Shown: positions 1 through 9,438, counted from the first letter of the stretch. The stretch is 56,122 nt of DNA from Patescibacteria group bacterium (GCA_018971045.1 JAGWVF010000007.1:1-56122), one strand, 5' to 3'. Made by a program: numbers and translations. The notes: a model not told the origin generated them from the letters alone.

Positions 1-2876
1 GTCCAGTCTCCTGAGGAGAGATATCCATTGGTGGAGCTGTTCGCCTGGGAGATGGAGAAGGCGCCGGTGAGAGCGTTGTATGAGAGCGGAGCGGAGGCGG
101 AGAACGAGGAGAGCGAGGCGAGGCCGAGGGAGGAGGTGGCGTATCCGATCATCGTGTTGCCGGGACCGCCGATGAGGAGCGAGGAGGAGGCGATCGATGA
201 GAGCCCCGTGCCTCCCCCGAGGACGGAGAGGGTGCCTGAGATCGTGGGAGCGAAGGTGAAGGCGCCGGAGGCGTTGGTGATGTTAAGACCGACCGTGAGG
301 CCGTTCGTTGTCTGCGAGGAGGTGCCGAAGGTGAGGGCGCCCGTCTGGGGAGTGCCATAGGTCTGGGCGATGGAGGCGACGCCTGCGCCACCGCCAGCGC
401 TGATGCAGACGCCGTTCACCGCATAACAGCCGTTCGTGAGATTTAGGCCATTGCCGTAGAAGGTGGAGGTGGCGGTGGTGAAGTTGGCGATGCCTTGGAT
501 CGAGAGGAGAGAGCCGGGAGTTGAAGTGCCGATGCCGAGGTTGCCGCCCATAAAGGTTGCTATCGGACCAATGCCTGATTGCTCGACCGCGAGCGCCGGA
601 TAGGCCGAGGTTGAAGAAGCGAAGACGCCTGCTTTCGCCCAGATCGGCGTGGTCGTCGCCGAGGTGACTACGCTGTAGTCAGCGAGTGAGGAGAATGGAA
701 AGGCACCGCCACCGCCAGATCCCGTACCGCAGGGTACACCTGTACTGAGGAGCGTTCCATCAGCCGCGAAGGTTGCACATCCCGGTGATCCGGAAGCTGA
801 GGTAACCGCGAGATTGGTTGTCGACGTCGTACTCGCAGAGAGATTTTGAAAATACCCGTTTACCGCAGTCACCGATGAACCATCGAATGTTCCGCCGGCG
901 TACGTACCATTACGAATCGTTACATTCGAGAGATCCTGAATCATATTCACATACTGGATCGTCGTCATATTGGTCGCCGTCTGATTCGCGACGGGTTGAA
1001 TCATTCCCGCAACTGTCGCGAGCAGATCTGAACGCAGTTTCGTAAGCGACTGGTTCAGCGAATCTTCAGTGATGCCGCGAACGATCGTCGTATTGTATGT
1101 CGGCGCACTCGTCGTGTTGCGTATCGGCGCACTGACGGCGATGTTCGAAACGCTTGCTGTTGTCGTTGTGCTTGTGTGCACAGTATTTCCACTTGCATTT
1201 GACGTAAGCGATTCGCCGCGTCCGCGAAGAATCGGGTTCGGGAAAACAATAGTGGGGGGCGGACCGAGCAGAAAAGCGAGCGTCTGATTCATCGTCTGAA
1301 ACATCCCGTTGATCGCCGCATACGTCCCAAGCGCCACCCGTTCTCCCGTCGAGAGCGCGGGAGCGATCGCGGCGAGCATGGAATCCGCATTCGTGTGAAC
1401 TGCCAAAAGCGCAGAAGCGACTTTCGGGGCGTGCGCGAAAGCATCGATCGCGACAGAGCTCTTACCGAGCGTGCCGAGATAGGTATTCTCGACCTCTTTC
1501 GGAACAGTCGCGAGGGAATTCTGCGTGGCAGAAAGTTCCGTACGCGCGGCAACCAGACCATCGTGAACGCTCTGGATGCTTGTATGTGCGGCCGTTCCGG
1601 TTGTGTTAATGAATGCGAGGTATCCGTCGGTAATCGTTCTCGTTACCGCAAGAAAACGAGCCGCCGTAACGTATTCTGCATCAAAGATCCGTTGCGCGAT
1701 ACGGGGGGCAATCTCGACTGGCACAGTTATCGTACGCGCGAAGGCGGTCGTGGCGATCATCGGAACCCGCGCCGTCAGATTTTCGATACGATCTCCGGCA
1801 TTACCAATCAGCGCGACGGTTATCCGGGCGCTTTCAGGAGCCGCGGCGGCGAGACCATAGGCAAGCGATACGTCAGCACCAATGAGCGCATGCGTTGCAT
1901 TGATGATCCCCGAGCCGAGCGCGAGATTTATTCGGTTAATAGTTCGCGGTAGCGAGTCGAACGTCATCCGAGTCGCATAGGCCAATGACAACGCCTGATT
2001 GCCCGTATTCTCGATAAGCGATCGATACGCGGCGAAAGTATTGATAATTGCCGCATATCCTGCATCGCCAACCGCTCTATAAAGGCGCAGGGGATCCGAA
2101 ATATAGGCGCCCGCTGTGCGCATGGTTTCTTGTATATCGACGACAGTCATGGTGGTCGTCGCCAATCTGTGATTCAGCGCAAGCGTCGGTTGCGGAGCGT
2201 GACGCGCTGGCGCAATGATCATCCGCAGTCGCTGTAACGCCGCATCCGCGTGAATATCCGGAACGAGTTCGTCAGATGCCGCGATCGCATTCATTGAAAC
2301 TTTCGCAGTCTGCATATCGACGCTACTCTTCGCTCGATTGATGCGCGCCGCTATATGCGCAGGGATTGCGCCAAAGAGCTGATCGAACCCATCGGCGACA
2401 TCGCGTGTTGCGGCGATTGCAATATCTACGATTTGCGGCATACGCGCCGCCTGCGCCGCGTATGCTCCGCAGAGAATCACGAAACCCGCAATCGAGAAAG
2501 CGAGAACATGCGCTCGAAATCCTTGACGAAGAAGCGGAGACGATGTTGTTGTCTCGACAGCCGGCGTATCAAATCCAAGCTGAGAAGCCGAAAGCGGGCG
2601 GATGAGCGTTTTTGACGCTTGCGTGATAACCGAACGATGCACGCGATACTCCTCTTCGCGCGCGCGAGAAAGAGCGCGCGCGCGATCTACCCTGCGATCG
2701 TCCTGTTTGTTCAAGAACTGCATCAGTGATTCCCTGTCGATAAACCAACTATGGCCAACGCGCGTGCCGGCGATTTTTTCAGAACGTGCAAGGCGAGCAA
2801 GATAGTCCGAACTGTATCCGGAAAGTTCTCCAGCTTCTTTCGTCGTGATGTAGTGTTTTTCGAGTAAAGGATCCAT
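1..2876 (-). CDS. Large membrane-tethered HTH protein with a >800-aa Gly/Thr/Ser/Ala-rich ectodomain; 3' end runs off the window
   Basis: ATG at 2874-2876 (MDPLLEKHYITTKEAGELSGYSSDYLARLARSEKIAGTRVGHSWFIDRESL...). This frame has no stop down to position 1, so it is absent from the ORF track; the listed minus ORFs here are all in another frame. One hydrophobic helix AHVLAFSIAGFVILCGAYAAQAA follows the HTH. The distal part carries NLGIGTSTPGSLLSIQG and SSTNGYLSSGDW motifs reminiscent of tail-fibre-like surface proteins. Confidence 0.8.
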   Translation of the reverse strand, partial: MDPLLEKHYITTKEAGELSGYSSDYLARLARSEKIAGTRVGHSWFIDRESLMQFLNKQDDRRVDRARALSRAREEEYRVHRSVITQASKTLIRPLSASQLGFDTPAVETTTSSPLLRQGFRAHVLAFSIAGFVILCGAYAAQAARMPQIVDIAIAATRDVADGFDQLFGAIPAHIAARINRAKSSVDMQTAKVSMNAIAASDELVPDIHADAALQRLRMIIAPARHAPQPTLALNHRLATTTMTVVDIQETMRTAGAYISDPLRLYRAVGDAGYAAIINTFAAYRSLIENTGNQALSLAYATRMTFDSLPRTINRINLALGSGIINATHALIGADVSLAYGLAAAAPESARITVALIGNAGDRIENLTARVPMIATTAFARTITVPVEIAPRIAQRIFDAEYVTAARFLAVTRTITDGYLAFINTTGTAAHTSIQSVHDGLVAARTELSATQNSLATVPKEVENTYLGTLGKSSVAIDAFAHAPKVASALLAVHTNADSMLAAIAPALSTGERVALGTYAAINGMFQTMNQTLAFLLGPPPTIVFPNPILRGRGESLTSNASGNTVHTSTTTTASVSNIAVSAPIRNTTSAPTYNTTIVRGITEDSLNQSLTKLRSDLLATVAGMIQPVANQTATNMTTIQYVNMIQDLSNVTIRNGTYAGGTFDGSSVTAVNGYFQNLSASTTSTTNLAVTSASGSPGCATFAADGTLLSTGVPCGTGSGGGGAFPFSSLADYSVVTSATTTPIWAKAGVFASSTSAYPALAVEQSGIGPIATFMGGNLGIGTSTPGSLLSIQGIANFTTATSTFYGNGLNLTNGCYAVNGVCISAGGGAGVASIAQTYGTPQTGALTFGTSSQTTNGLTVGLNITNASGAFTFAPTISGTLSVLGGGTGLSSIASSSLLIGGPGNTMIGYATSSLGLASLSSFSASAPLSYNALTGAFSISQANSSTNGYLSSGDW

Positions 2877-2935
2877 GTCGGATAACCGAATTAACTAAAT
2901 AATAGCTTGCTGAATTAGCATTACCTAGAAAAAAT

Positions 2936-2944
2936 ATGTGGATA
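2936..2944 (-). promoter_or_regulatory. Perfect DnaA-box 9-mer (TTATCCACA on the minus strand)
   Basis: The plus strand reads tgtggataa, an exact match to the consensus DnaA box, about 60 nt upstream of the 2876 start codon. Only one perfect copy occurs in this spacer. Confidence 0.35.
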
Positions 2945-3244
2945 AGATCGAATGTAAAATTGCATAAATAATTTTATGAAATGACGTCATCGAATAAACG
3001 CACAAAACGTTTCAAATCGAAGGAAATAAAGCGTCGCCAGAGATCATCTATTCGGGGTTCGGTATAGTTCACAGGCATAAAAACGTAAAAATGCGTCAGT
3101 TTCTCCAAGATAAATTAACCGTCGCCTCATAACTTGCGTCTTCTACACTCCAATCTACCTGTAAATATTAATATTCTGATCAGAAATTTTATAGATCATG
3201 ATATTTTCGATAAAATCTAAGAAAATATCATTCGCATAAATGCC

Positions 3245-3265
3245 TAATATATATTGTATATATTA
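3245..3265. repeat. Perfect 21-bp palindrome TAATATATA-TTG-TATATATTA
   Basis: The 9-bp arms at 3245-3253 and 3257-3265 are exact reverse complements. Function is unknown; an operator-like site is possible. Confidence 0.6.
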
Positions 3266-3538
3266 GATATGTCGCTTATACGATGAGCGTGTTTGCGTCG
3301 CGCTATCGTTCATCCATAGTCTCACATTAGAGTTTTGAATTTTGCTATTCCACTCAACGCCGACGATAATTATATTGTACGAGATATATCCTATTAGTAG
3401 CGAAATATATTGATAATTTTGATGCGGAAAACGACGAGTATCAAACGAATTTTCATTTTCGATATCTCAAAGAATATTTATTCGGGAGTAGTTCATGAAT
3501 TACTCTTCCTTACTCGCTTACTCGAGACGAGATATGTC

Positions 3539-4387
3539 TTATATACTTGGTTTTATGTATGTTCCTATGCCTGAAATTATTGTTACTCGGTTATGCGAAG
3601 CCAGTACTGTATCAAGATAGCCTGACCCTATTACGGCAACAGATACGGTAATGATGGCAAGAAGTATGGCTATGATTTTTACAGATTCGAGCACAAACTT
3701 CAGAGTATCTGATTGCTTCGATTCCCTTGATTGATCAACGATAGGCACCTGCTCCTCTAAGTGAGGAGTACTATGGGTTGATTGACGCGGCAGAAGATTC
3801 TCTGATGGCAATTCATACAACGTACGCATCGGTATATTGACGCTTTGATCATCGATTTCGATAGGGTGTTCATGTATTGGCTCAAGCTGGAGATGTTCAT
3901 GTTCGTATTCAGTGTCCATTTCTTGAGAAGAATCCTCTACGGTCGTTAGCGGATCCTCCGGTATGGCATCGGGCCAGGTCTTCCATGGACGTTGGGTATC
4001 TTCTTCTTTGAGAGGGGGCGATACGGACGCATTTTCCGACTCTTTGTACGTATCCGTCTCATTCGCACTAAAACTCTTCAATCGATTTATAGATGGCAAT
4101 ATTTCAGACGTAAACGCCTCATAGCGAGGAGATTCCCATGTAGAATGGAGTTTATTGATCGAATCTTTCTCTTTTACGGTCTTTTTATACTCTGGCTCAT
4201 GCGTAATCGGACCAAACCGATGGTCGTGAATAGCTGATTCAAGCACATACCAGCTACGTCCCACAAGACGCGCGGGAACTCGCCCCTCGCGACAAAGTTG
4301 CCCTATATAATCCTTCGCATAACCCGTCACTTTTGCCGCTCGCTTCGACGATATGTACTTTTTTTCATCTATAAGAATCTCGTCCAT
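3539..4387 (-). CDS. Tail-anchored HTH protein: N-terminal excisionase/MerR-like HTH, acidic Ser/Pro/Glu-rich linker, C-terminal TM helix
   Basis: 282-aa ORF. The N-terminus KKYISSKRAAKVTGYAKDYIGQLCREGRVPARLVGRSWYVLESAI is paralogous to the N-terminus of the 1-2876 protein. C-terminal helix is VKIIAILLAIITVSVAVIGSGYL. The gene is visibly lower in GC than its neighbours. Confidence 0.75.
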   Translation of the reverse strand: MDEILIDEKKYISSKRAAKVTGYAKDYIGQLCREGRVPARLVGRSWYVLESAIHDHRFGPITHEPEYKKTVKEKDSINKLHSTWESPRYEAFTSEILPSINRLKSFSANETDTYKESENASVSPPLKEEDTQRPWKTWPDAIPEDPLTTVEDSSQEMDTEYEHEHLQLEPIHEHPIEIDDQSVNIPMRTLYELPSENLLPRQSTHSTPHLEEQVPIVDQSRESKQSDTLKFVLESVKIIAILLAIITVSVAVIGSGYLDTVLASHNRVTIISGIGTYIKPSI

Positions 4388-4394
4388 GCCTTAT

Positions 4395-4423
4395 AGTATA
4401 TAGATATCTCGGCTTGCAGGTAA
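4395..4423 (-). promoter_or_regulatory. Candidate sigma70-type promoter giving a leaderless or near-leaderless mRNA
   Basis: The minus strand reads TTACCT-17 nt-TATACT-7 nt-ATG (ATG at 4385-4387). No Shine-Dalgarno sequence. Confidence 0.45.
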
Positions 4424-4450
4424 GAGCACCAATCGAAATCGGTGTATAAC

Positions 4451-5884
4451 TCAATTTTCTGGAACGCGACCTTGTATCTCTTCAATGATAAGACTTTTTA
4501 TGAGTCCTGGATTACCGGAACCTTTCGTCGCTTTCATGCTCTTCCCGATGAGGTATTGGAGTGCCGTCTCTTTTCCCGCACGATATTCGGCCGCCACCTT
4601 CTCTTCCTCAACGAGCACGGTCTGTACTACGGCGCGCAATTCTTCGGTATCGTGCGATTGCAGAAGGCCGTGTTCGATCGCGATAGACGCCGGATCTCCG
4701 CCTTCCTCCACAAGAACGCGCAGGGCGTCTTTTGCGCCGCGTGAAGAGAGATCGCCGGATGCGACAAGGCGCATTAATTTTACAAATGCCATCGGCTCAA
4801 GATGCTCATAGTCTTCAACGCCTTTCTTCGCGAAAATGCCGGTAAGATCCGAAACGATATAATTTACCGAAAGGCCAACTAACGGAATTTCGGGAGCGAG
4901 CGCGGCCGAAATCGAATCAAAAAATGCGGCGCGTTCGAGTGTGGCGCTCAGGTACGCGGCGTCGCTCTCGCGAAGCGCGTAATCACGTCTATAGCGCGCG
5001 CGCCGCTCCCACGGCAATTCCGGCAACGATTTCAATACTTCGGCATGTGCGAATTCCGGTATATCCGAAATGAAAAGCTTCGGCAGATCGGGTTCTGGAA
5101 AATAGCGGTAATCGGCGCTCCCTTCCTTGAAACGCTGATGGAATGTCTGCTGTTTTGTCTCGTCCCATCCGCGCGTTTCCTGATCGACTATTCCGCCGCG
5201 TTCAATCAAGGCGCTCTGCCGCTCAATTTCATAGGTGATTGCCCGCTCAACGGAGCGAAACGAATTAAGGTTTTTTATCTCGACTTTCGTGCCGAAGGCG
5301 CCCTCGACTGGAGAGACTGATATATTCGCCTCGATGCGCATCTCGCCTTTTTCAAGGTTCGCTTCGCTCGCGCCGAGCGTGCGCAGTAAGAGCTGTAGCT
5401 CACGCGCAAAACGGCCAGCGGTCTCCGCATCAGGAATAACCGGATCCGTGACAAGTTCCATAAGCGGAATGCCTGCACGATTAAAATCAATCAGACTCAC
5501 GCCGTCTGCGTGTATCGAGCGCGCAGTATCCTCCTCGAGATGCACGCGCGTAATCTGAACGCCGGATAACTTTCCTCCAGAAACGAGAGGGCGCTCATAC
5601 TGGCTGATTTGATAACCCTTCGGAATGTCCGGATAGAAATAACTCTTGCGATCGAATTCGCTAAAATCAGCGAGCGCGCCGCCAATCGCCGTACCAATGC
5701 GCACGATATGCCGCACGGCTTCACGATTGATGACGGGAAGGGTGCCGGGATGCGCCAAACACACCGGACAGACATTCGTATTCGGCCGTGTCTCATCGGG
5801 ATCATTCAGCGAGTTACAGAACATCTTCGTCCGCGTCTTCAATTCCGCGTGAATTTCAAGACCGATGGTGGGGCGGTAGGCCAT
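4451..5884 (-). CDS. gatB: Asp/Glu-tRNA amidotransferase subunit B
   Basis: 477 aa. MAYRPTIGLEIHAELKTRTKMFC...NVCPVCLAHPGTLPVIN is the canonical GatB N-terminus, and length is full. Confidence 0.97.
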   Translation of the reverse strand: MAYRPTIGLEIHAELKTRTKMFCNSLNDPDETRPNTNVCPVCLAHPGTLPVINREAVRHIVRIGTAIGGALADFSEFDRKSYFYPDIPKGYQISQYERPLVSGGKLSGVQITRVHLEEDTARSIHADGVSLIDFNRAGIPLMELVTDPVIPDAETAGRFARELQLLLRTLGASEANLEKGEMRIEANISVSPVEGAFGTKVEIKNLNSFRSVERAITYEIERQSALIERGGIVDQETRGWDETKQQTFHQRFKEGSADYRYFPEPDLPKLFISDIPEFAHAEVLKSLPELPWERRARYRRDYALRESDAAYLSATLERAAFFDSISAALAPEIPLVGLSVNYIVSDLTGIFAKKGVEDYEHLEPMAFVKLMRLVASGDLSSRGAKDALRVLVEEGGDPASIAIEHGLLQSHDTEELRAVVQTVLVEEEKVAAEYRAGKETALQYLIGKSMKATKGSGNPGLIKSLIIEEIQGRVPEN

Positions 5885-5931
5885 TGCTCTCTAGCTTGAC
5901 GCCTTGGCGGTAAAACCGCAAGGGTCGGAAT

Positions 5932-6903
5932 CTATTTATCAAGAAGTTTAGTGAGCGTGTCGGCAAATAATCTTATCGATGAGGGGTCGACAACAGAGAC
6001 GATTAGTACTTCTTTGCCGGTACCTTTCGCCAGCGCTTCTGCCTTAATCAAGGCTTCGTCAGGCGTGATGAGATCTGCCTTCGACAGGATAAGGATCTCG
6101 CGTTTTTCGGCTAATCCATGCCCGAATAACTCCACTTCTCTCCTTACCTTTTTATACGCCATGATAGAATCTTCTTGTTCTGCCGAGACGAGATGTAGCA
6201 GAATCCCTGTTCTTTCTACATGTTTTAGAAAATCGATACCGAGTCCGCGGCCAGACGAGGCACCCTCGATAAGTCCGGGAATATCAGCGAGAATATATCC
6301 ATGGAATTCTCCAAGACTCGGTTCGAGCGTTGTAAACGGGTAGTCGCCTATCTTCGATTTCGATCGCGTAAGCGCGTTTATAAGGGATGACTTTCCGGCG
6401 TTTGGAAGTCCGATAAGCCCCGCATCAGCGATGATCTTGAGTGTCAGTTTTATATCCCCACCCTTCCCCGGCTTTCCTGCAGTTTGTTGGAATGGATTCT
6501 GATTCGTCGAACTTTTGAAGCGGGCATTGCCGAGTCCGCCTTTCCCGCCGCGGAATAAGACGATGCTCTCGCCTTCGCGCGTGATCTCATGCTCTTCTCC
6601 CGTCTCGAGTACGCGTACCACGGTACCGATCGGGATTTTAATGAAAATATCCGCACCGTTTGCTCCATGCTTCAATTCCCCCTTGCCTGCTTCGCCGTTT
6701 TCGGCATGAAAATCTTTCTCGTAGCGATACTGCGCGAGTGCGGCAAGATCGCGAACGCCAACGAATACGACATCCCCGCCGCGCCCGCCGTCTCCACCTG
6801 ACGGACCGCCGCGCGCCGACTCCTTCGTGCGCAACCACCGGATCACGCCGTCGCCACCCTTGCCTGATTCGACGCGTATGACCACCTCGTCGACGAATGC
6901 CAT
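5932..6903 (-). CDS. obg: Obg/CgtA GTPase
   Basis: 323 aa. Gly-rich Obg fold (GGDGGRGGDVVF, GGKGGLGN) followed by a G domain (GLPNAGKSSL, DIPGLIEGA). Confidence 0.95.
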   Translation of the reverse strand: MAFVDEVVIRVESGKGGDGVIRWLRTKESARGGPSGGDGGRGGDVVFVGVRDLAALAQYRYEKDFHAENGEAGKGELKHGANGADIFIKIPIGTVVRVLETGEEHEITREGESIVLFRGGKGGLGNARFKSSTNQNPFQQTAGKPGKGGDIKLTLKIIADAGLIGLPNAGKSSLINALTRSKSKIGDYPFTTLEPSLGEFHGYILADIPGLIEGASSGRGLGIDFLKHVERTGILLHLVSAEQEDSIMAYKKVRREVELFGHGLAEKREILILSKADLITPDEALIKAEALAKGTGKEVLIVSVVDPSSIRLFADTLTKLLDK

Positions 6904-6912
6904 GATAAGAAA

Positions 6913-9432
6913 TTACGAAGACACAATCTCCCACCCTTCGGCAAGGAGCGGTTCGACCTTCTTGTATTTGAGCGTCTGCATTTCGGCTCCGCGCCTTATC
7001 GTAACTAAATCATTGCGGCCGTAGCCAGCGGCTTTGACAATCGGCGTCGATACCCCCTGAACCTCCTTCCCTGCCGCGACGAGCGACGCGCGGACCTTCG
7101 CCTCCTCGGCGCGAATGCGCGCGTCATCGACCGACTGCATGTGCGGGAGCGCCGCGGCGACCGATTCTTTGATCTGCCGTTCGAGAAGCCGGAATCGGAT
7201 GAGTCCCTCCCGCCGATATTCAATCAACGGATCGCGCTGACCATAGGCGCGCAACGATACCGATCGGCGGAGATAATCCATCGTTTCCAAATGCTCGAGC
7301 CACAACATGTCGGTAATCTGGAGCAGGAGGCGGCGTAGCTGATCCACAAAGGCTTCTCCTAATTCCCTCTTTTTTGATTCGAACGCGACAACCGCTTCTT
7401 CATCTCCGTCAAGCAGTTCCCGCGCGAGCTGTTCGACGTCGTCTCCGCTCCCGAGAAGCGCGGCGCGGCGGCGCTCATAGATCGCGAGGCGCTGAGTGTT
7501 CATGACGTTATCGTAGGCGAGCACCTGTTTGCGGGCGTCGAAATTGAATCCCTCGATGCGCGCCTGAGCCGTCTCAAGCGAGCGCGTAATGAGCGTATTC
7601 TCGATCGGCTCATCTTCAGGGATGCCGAACCGGCCCATCACTTTCTTCAGCGTCTCAGCCGCAAAAACGCGCATGAGCTTATCCTCAAGCGAGACGTAGA
7701 ATCTCGTTTCGCCGGGATCGCCCTGCCGGCCGGAACGGCCGCGCAGCTGATTGTCGATACGCCGCGCGTCGTGGCGCTCGGTGCCGATAACCATAAGCCC
7801 TCCCTTCGCGACGACGGCGTCTCGCGCTTCACGGGAAGCGAACGCTCCGCCGAGTTTAATATCCACGCCGCGCCCCGCAAGATTCGTCGCCACCGTCACG
7901 CGGCCCTCCTTCCCCGCCTCGGCAATAATCTCGCCCTCGCGCTCATGATTCTTCGCATTCAGCACTTCATGCGGCACGCCCGCTTCGGCAAGAAAGGAAC
8001 TTACCGTTTCATTGTCTTCAATCGAAACGGTGCCCACCAAAACAGGCTGGCCTCTCTCGTGACGCTCGCGTACCGCGCGCGCCACGGAGCGATACTTCCC
8101 TGCCGCGGTTTGGAAAATAAGATCGTCATGATCCTTGCGCGCGGCCGGCTTATTGGTCGGGATCACCACCACCTCAAGCTTATAAACGGTATAGAACTCC
8201 TCTTCGGAAGAGAGCGCCGTTCCAGTCATGCCGGCGAGGCGTTCGTACATGCGAAAAAGGTTCTGAAACGTCACCGTCGCATACGTGCGCGTCTCCTCCT
8301 GCACCCGTACGCCCTCTTTAGCCTCGATCGCCTGATGCAGGCCTTCTGACCAGCGGCGGCCCGGCTGCATCCGTCCGGTAAACTCGTCAACGATGACGAT
8401 CTCGTTGTTCCGCACGACATACTCTTTGTCTTTATGGAACAACGACTTCGCCCGAACGGCCGTCTCGAGATGATGCGCGTATTTCATCCCTCCTTCGGTA
8501 TAAAGATTCTCGAGGCCGAGCGATCGTTCGGCCTTATGCATGCCCGCTTCGGTGATCTGAATCGCTTTCTGCTTCTCGTCAACGGAGTAATCATCGTTCT
8601 CTAAAAACGATTCCACGATGCCGGCGAAGCGTTCGTAGAGCTGTTGCGAGTCTCCGGCCGGCCCGCTGATGATGAGCGGCGTGCGCGCTTCGTCGATTAA
8701 AATGGAATCGACTTCGTCGATGATCGCGTAGTGATGGCCGCGCTGAACGATCTGACTGGCGTCATAGGCGGTATTGTCGCGCAGATAATCGAAGCCGAGT
8801 TCATTATTGGTAACGTAGGTAATATCGCAGGCATACGCCTCTCGTTTCGTCGCGGGATGCAAATAATCGTAAAATACTTTGAACGCGCCGGCGGCATCGC
8901 GCTTAGCGTCTTCAGCCGGCGCCACGTGCGACGGATCATAGCGGTATGCGCCGGTGCTCGTTACCACTCCCACCGAGAGTCCGAGAAAGTCGTACACCTG
9001 ACCCATCCACGTGCCGTCGCGGCGCGCAAGATAATCGTTCACGGTTACCACTTGCACGCCCTTCCCCGCGAGTGCGTGGAACGTCGCCGGCAGGGTGGCA
9101 ACCAGCGTCTTCCCTTCGCCGGTGCGCATCTCGGCTATCTTCCCCGACGCGAGCGCGAGACCGCCGATAATCTGCACGTCAAAATGCGACTGGCGCAGGG
9201 TGCGCCGGGACGCTTCGCGCACGAGCGCGAACACGAGCGGGAGATCGTTCTCGGCGGCCGCTCCCGCCGCCCGGGCGCGTTCCCTGATAGCTCCAAAGCG
9301 CTCCCGCAGTACCTCGTCCGAGAGCCCCTTCAACTCCTCGGTATGGGTATTCACTGCCGTTACCGTCGGCGCGGCGACCTGTAAAAAGGCGGCGGATTGA
9401 TTCTTCGAGAAGAGTTTTGAGAGTGAAAGCAT
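6913..9432 (-). CDS. secA: Preprotein translocase ATPase SecA
   Basis: 839 aa. SecA motifs are present (MRTGEGKTLVATLP, DEVDSILIDEARTPLIISG, TNLAGRGVDIKLGG). Confidence 0.97.
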   Translation of the reverse strand: MLSLSKLFSKNQSAAFLQVAAPTVTAVNTHTEELKGLSDEVLRERFGAIRERARAAGAAAENDLPLVFALVREASRRTLRQSHFDVQIIGGLALASGKIAEMRTGEGKTLVATLPATFHALAGKGVQVVTVNDYLARRDGTWMGQVYDFLGLSVGVVTSTGAYRYDPSHVAPAEDAKRDAAGAFKVFYDYLHPATKREAYACDITYVTNNELGFDYLRDNTAYDASQIVQRGHHYAIIDEVDSILIDEARTPLIISGPAGDSQQLYERFAGIVESFLENDDYSVDEKQKAIQITEAGMHKAERSLGLENLYTEGGMKYAHHLETAVRAKSLFHKDKEYVVRNNEIVIVDEFTGRMQPGRRWSEGLHQAIEAKEGVRVQEETRTYATVTFQNLFRMYERLAGMTGTALSSEEEFYTVYKLEVVVIPTNKPAARKDHDDLIFQTAAGKYRSVARAVRERHERGQPVLVGTVSIEDNETVSSFLAEAGVPHEVLNAKNHEREGEIIAEAGKEGRVTVATNLAGRGVDIKLGGAFASREARDAVVAKGGLMVIGTERHDARRIDNQLRGRSGRQGDPGETRFYVSLEDKLMRVFAAETLKKVMGRFGIPEDEPIENTLITRSLETAQARIEGFNFDARKQVLAYDNVMNTQRLAIYERRRAALLGSGDDVEQLARELLDGDEEAVVAFESKKRELGEAFVDQLRRLLLQITDMLWLEHLETMDYLRRSVSLRAYGQRDPLIEYRREGLIRFRLLERQIKESVAAALPHMQSVDDARIRAEEAKVRASLVAAGKEVQGVSTPIVKAAGYGRNDLVTIRRGAEMQTLKYKKVEPLLAEGWEIVSS

Positions 9433-9438
9433 TCGAGC

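Larger units (their letters stand above)
2877..3538. other. AT-rich non-coding spacer of about 660 bp between two minus-strand genes
   Basis: No ORF of 60 aa or more in any frame. Hand count of lines 3121-3180 and 3181-3240 gives 22/60 and 13/60 G+C, versus 37/60 in a secA line (9001-9060). Confidence 0.7.

Noticed and set aside
28-1952. Several 60-185-aa ORFs in the first 2 kb, on both strands
   Set aside because: All are out of frame with the uninterrupted minus-strand frame that starts at 2876 and runs off the window. That long frame gives a coherent HTH-TM-ectodomain protein.
2877-3538. AT-rich spacer as chromosomal origin (oriC)
   Set aside because: It has only one exact DnaA box and a few poor matches. 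There is no dnaA/dnaN nearby and no obvious AT-rich 13-mer repeats. It is kept only as a possible regulatory region.
7771-9384. 192-aa and 217-aa plus-strand ORFs
   Set aside because: They are antisense to secA, whose identity is unambiguous.
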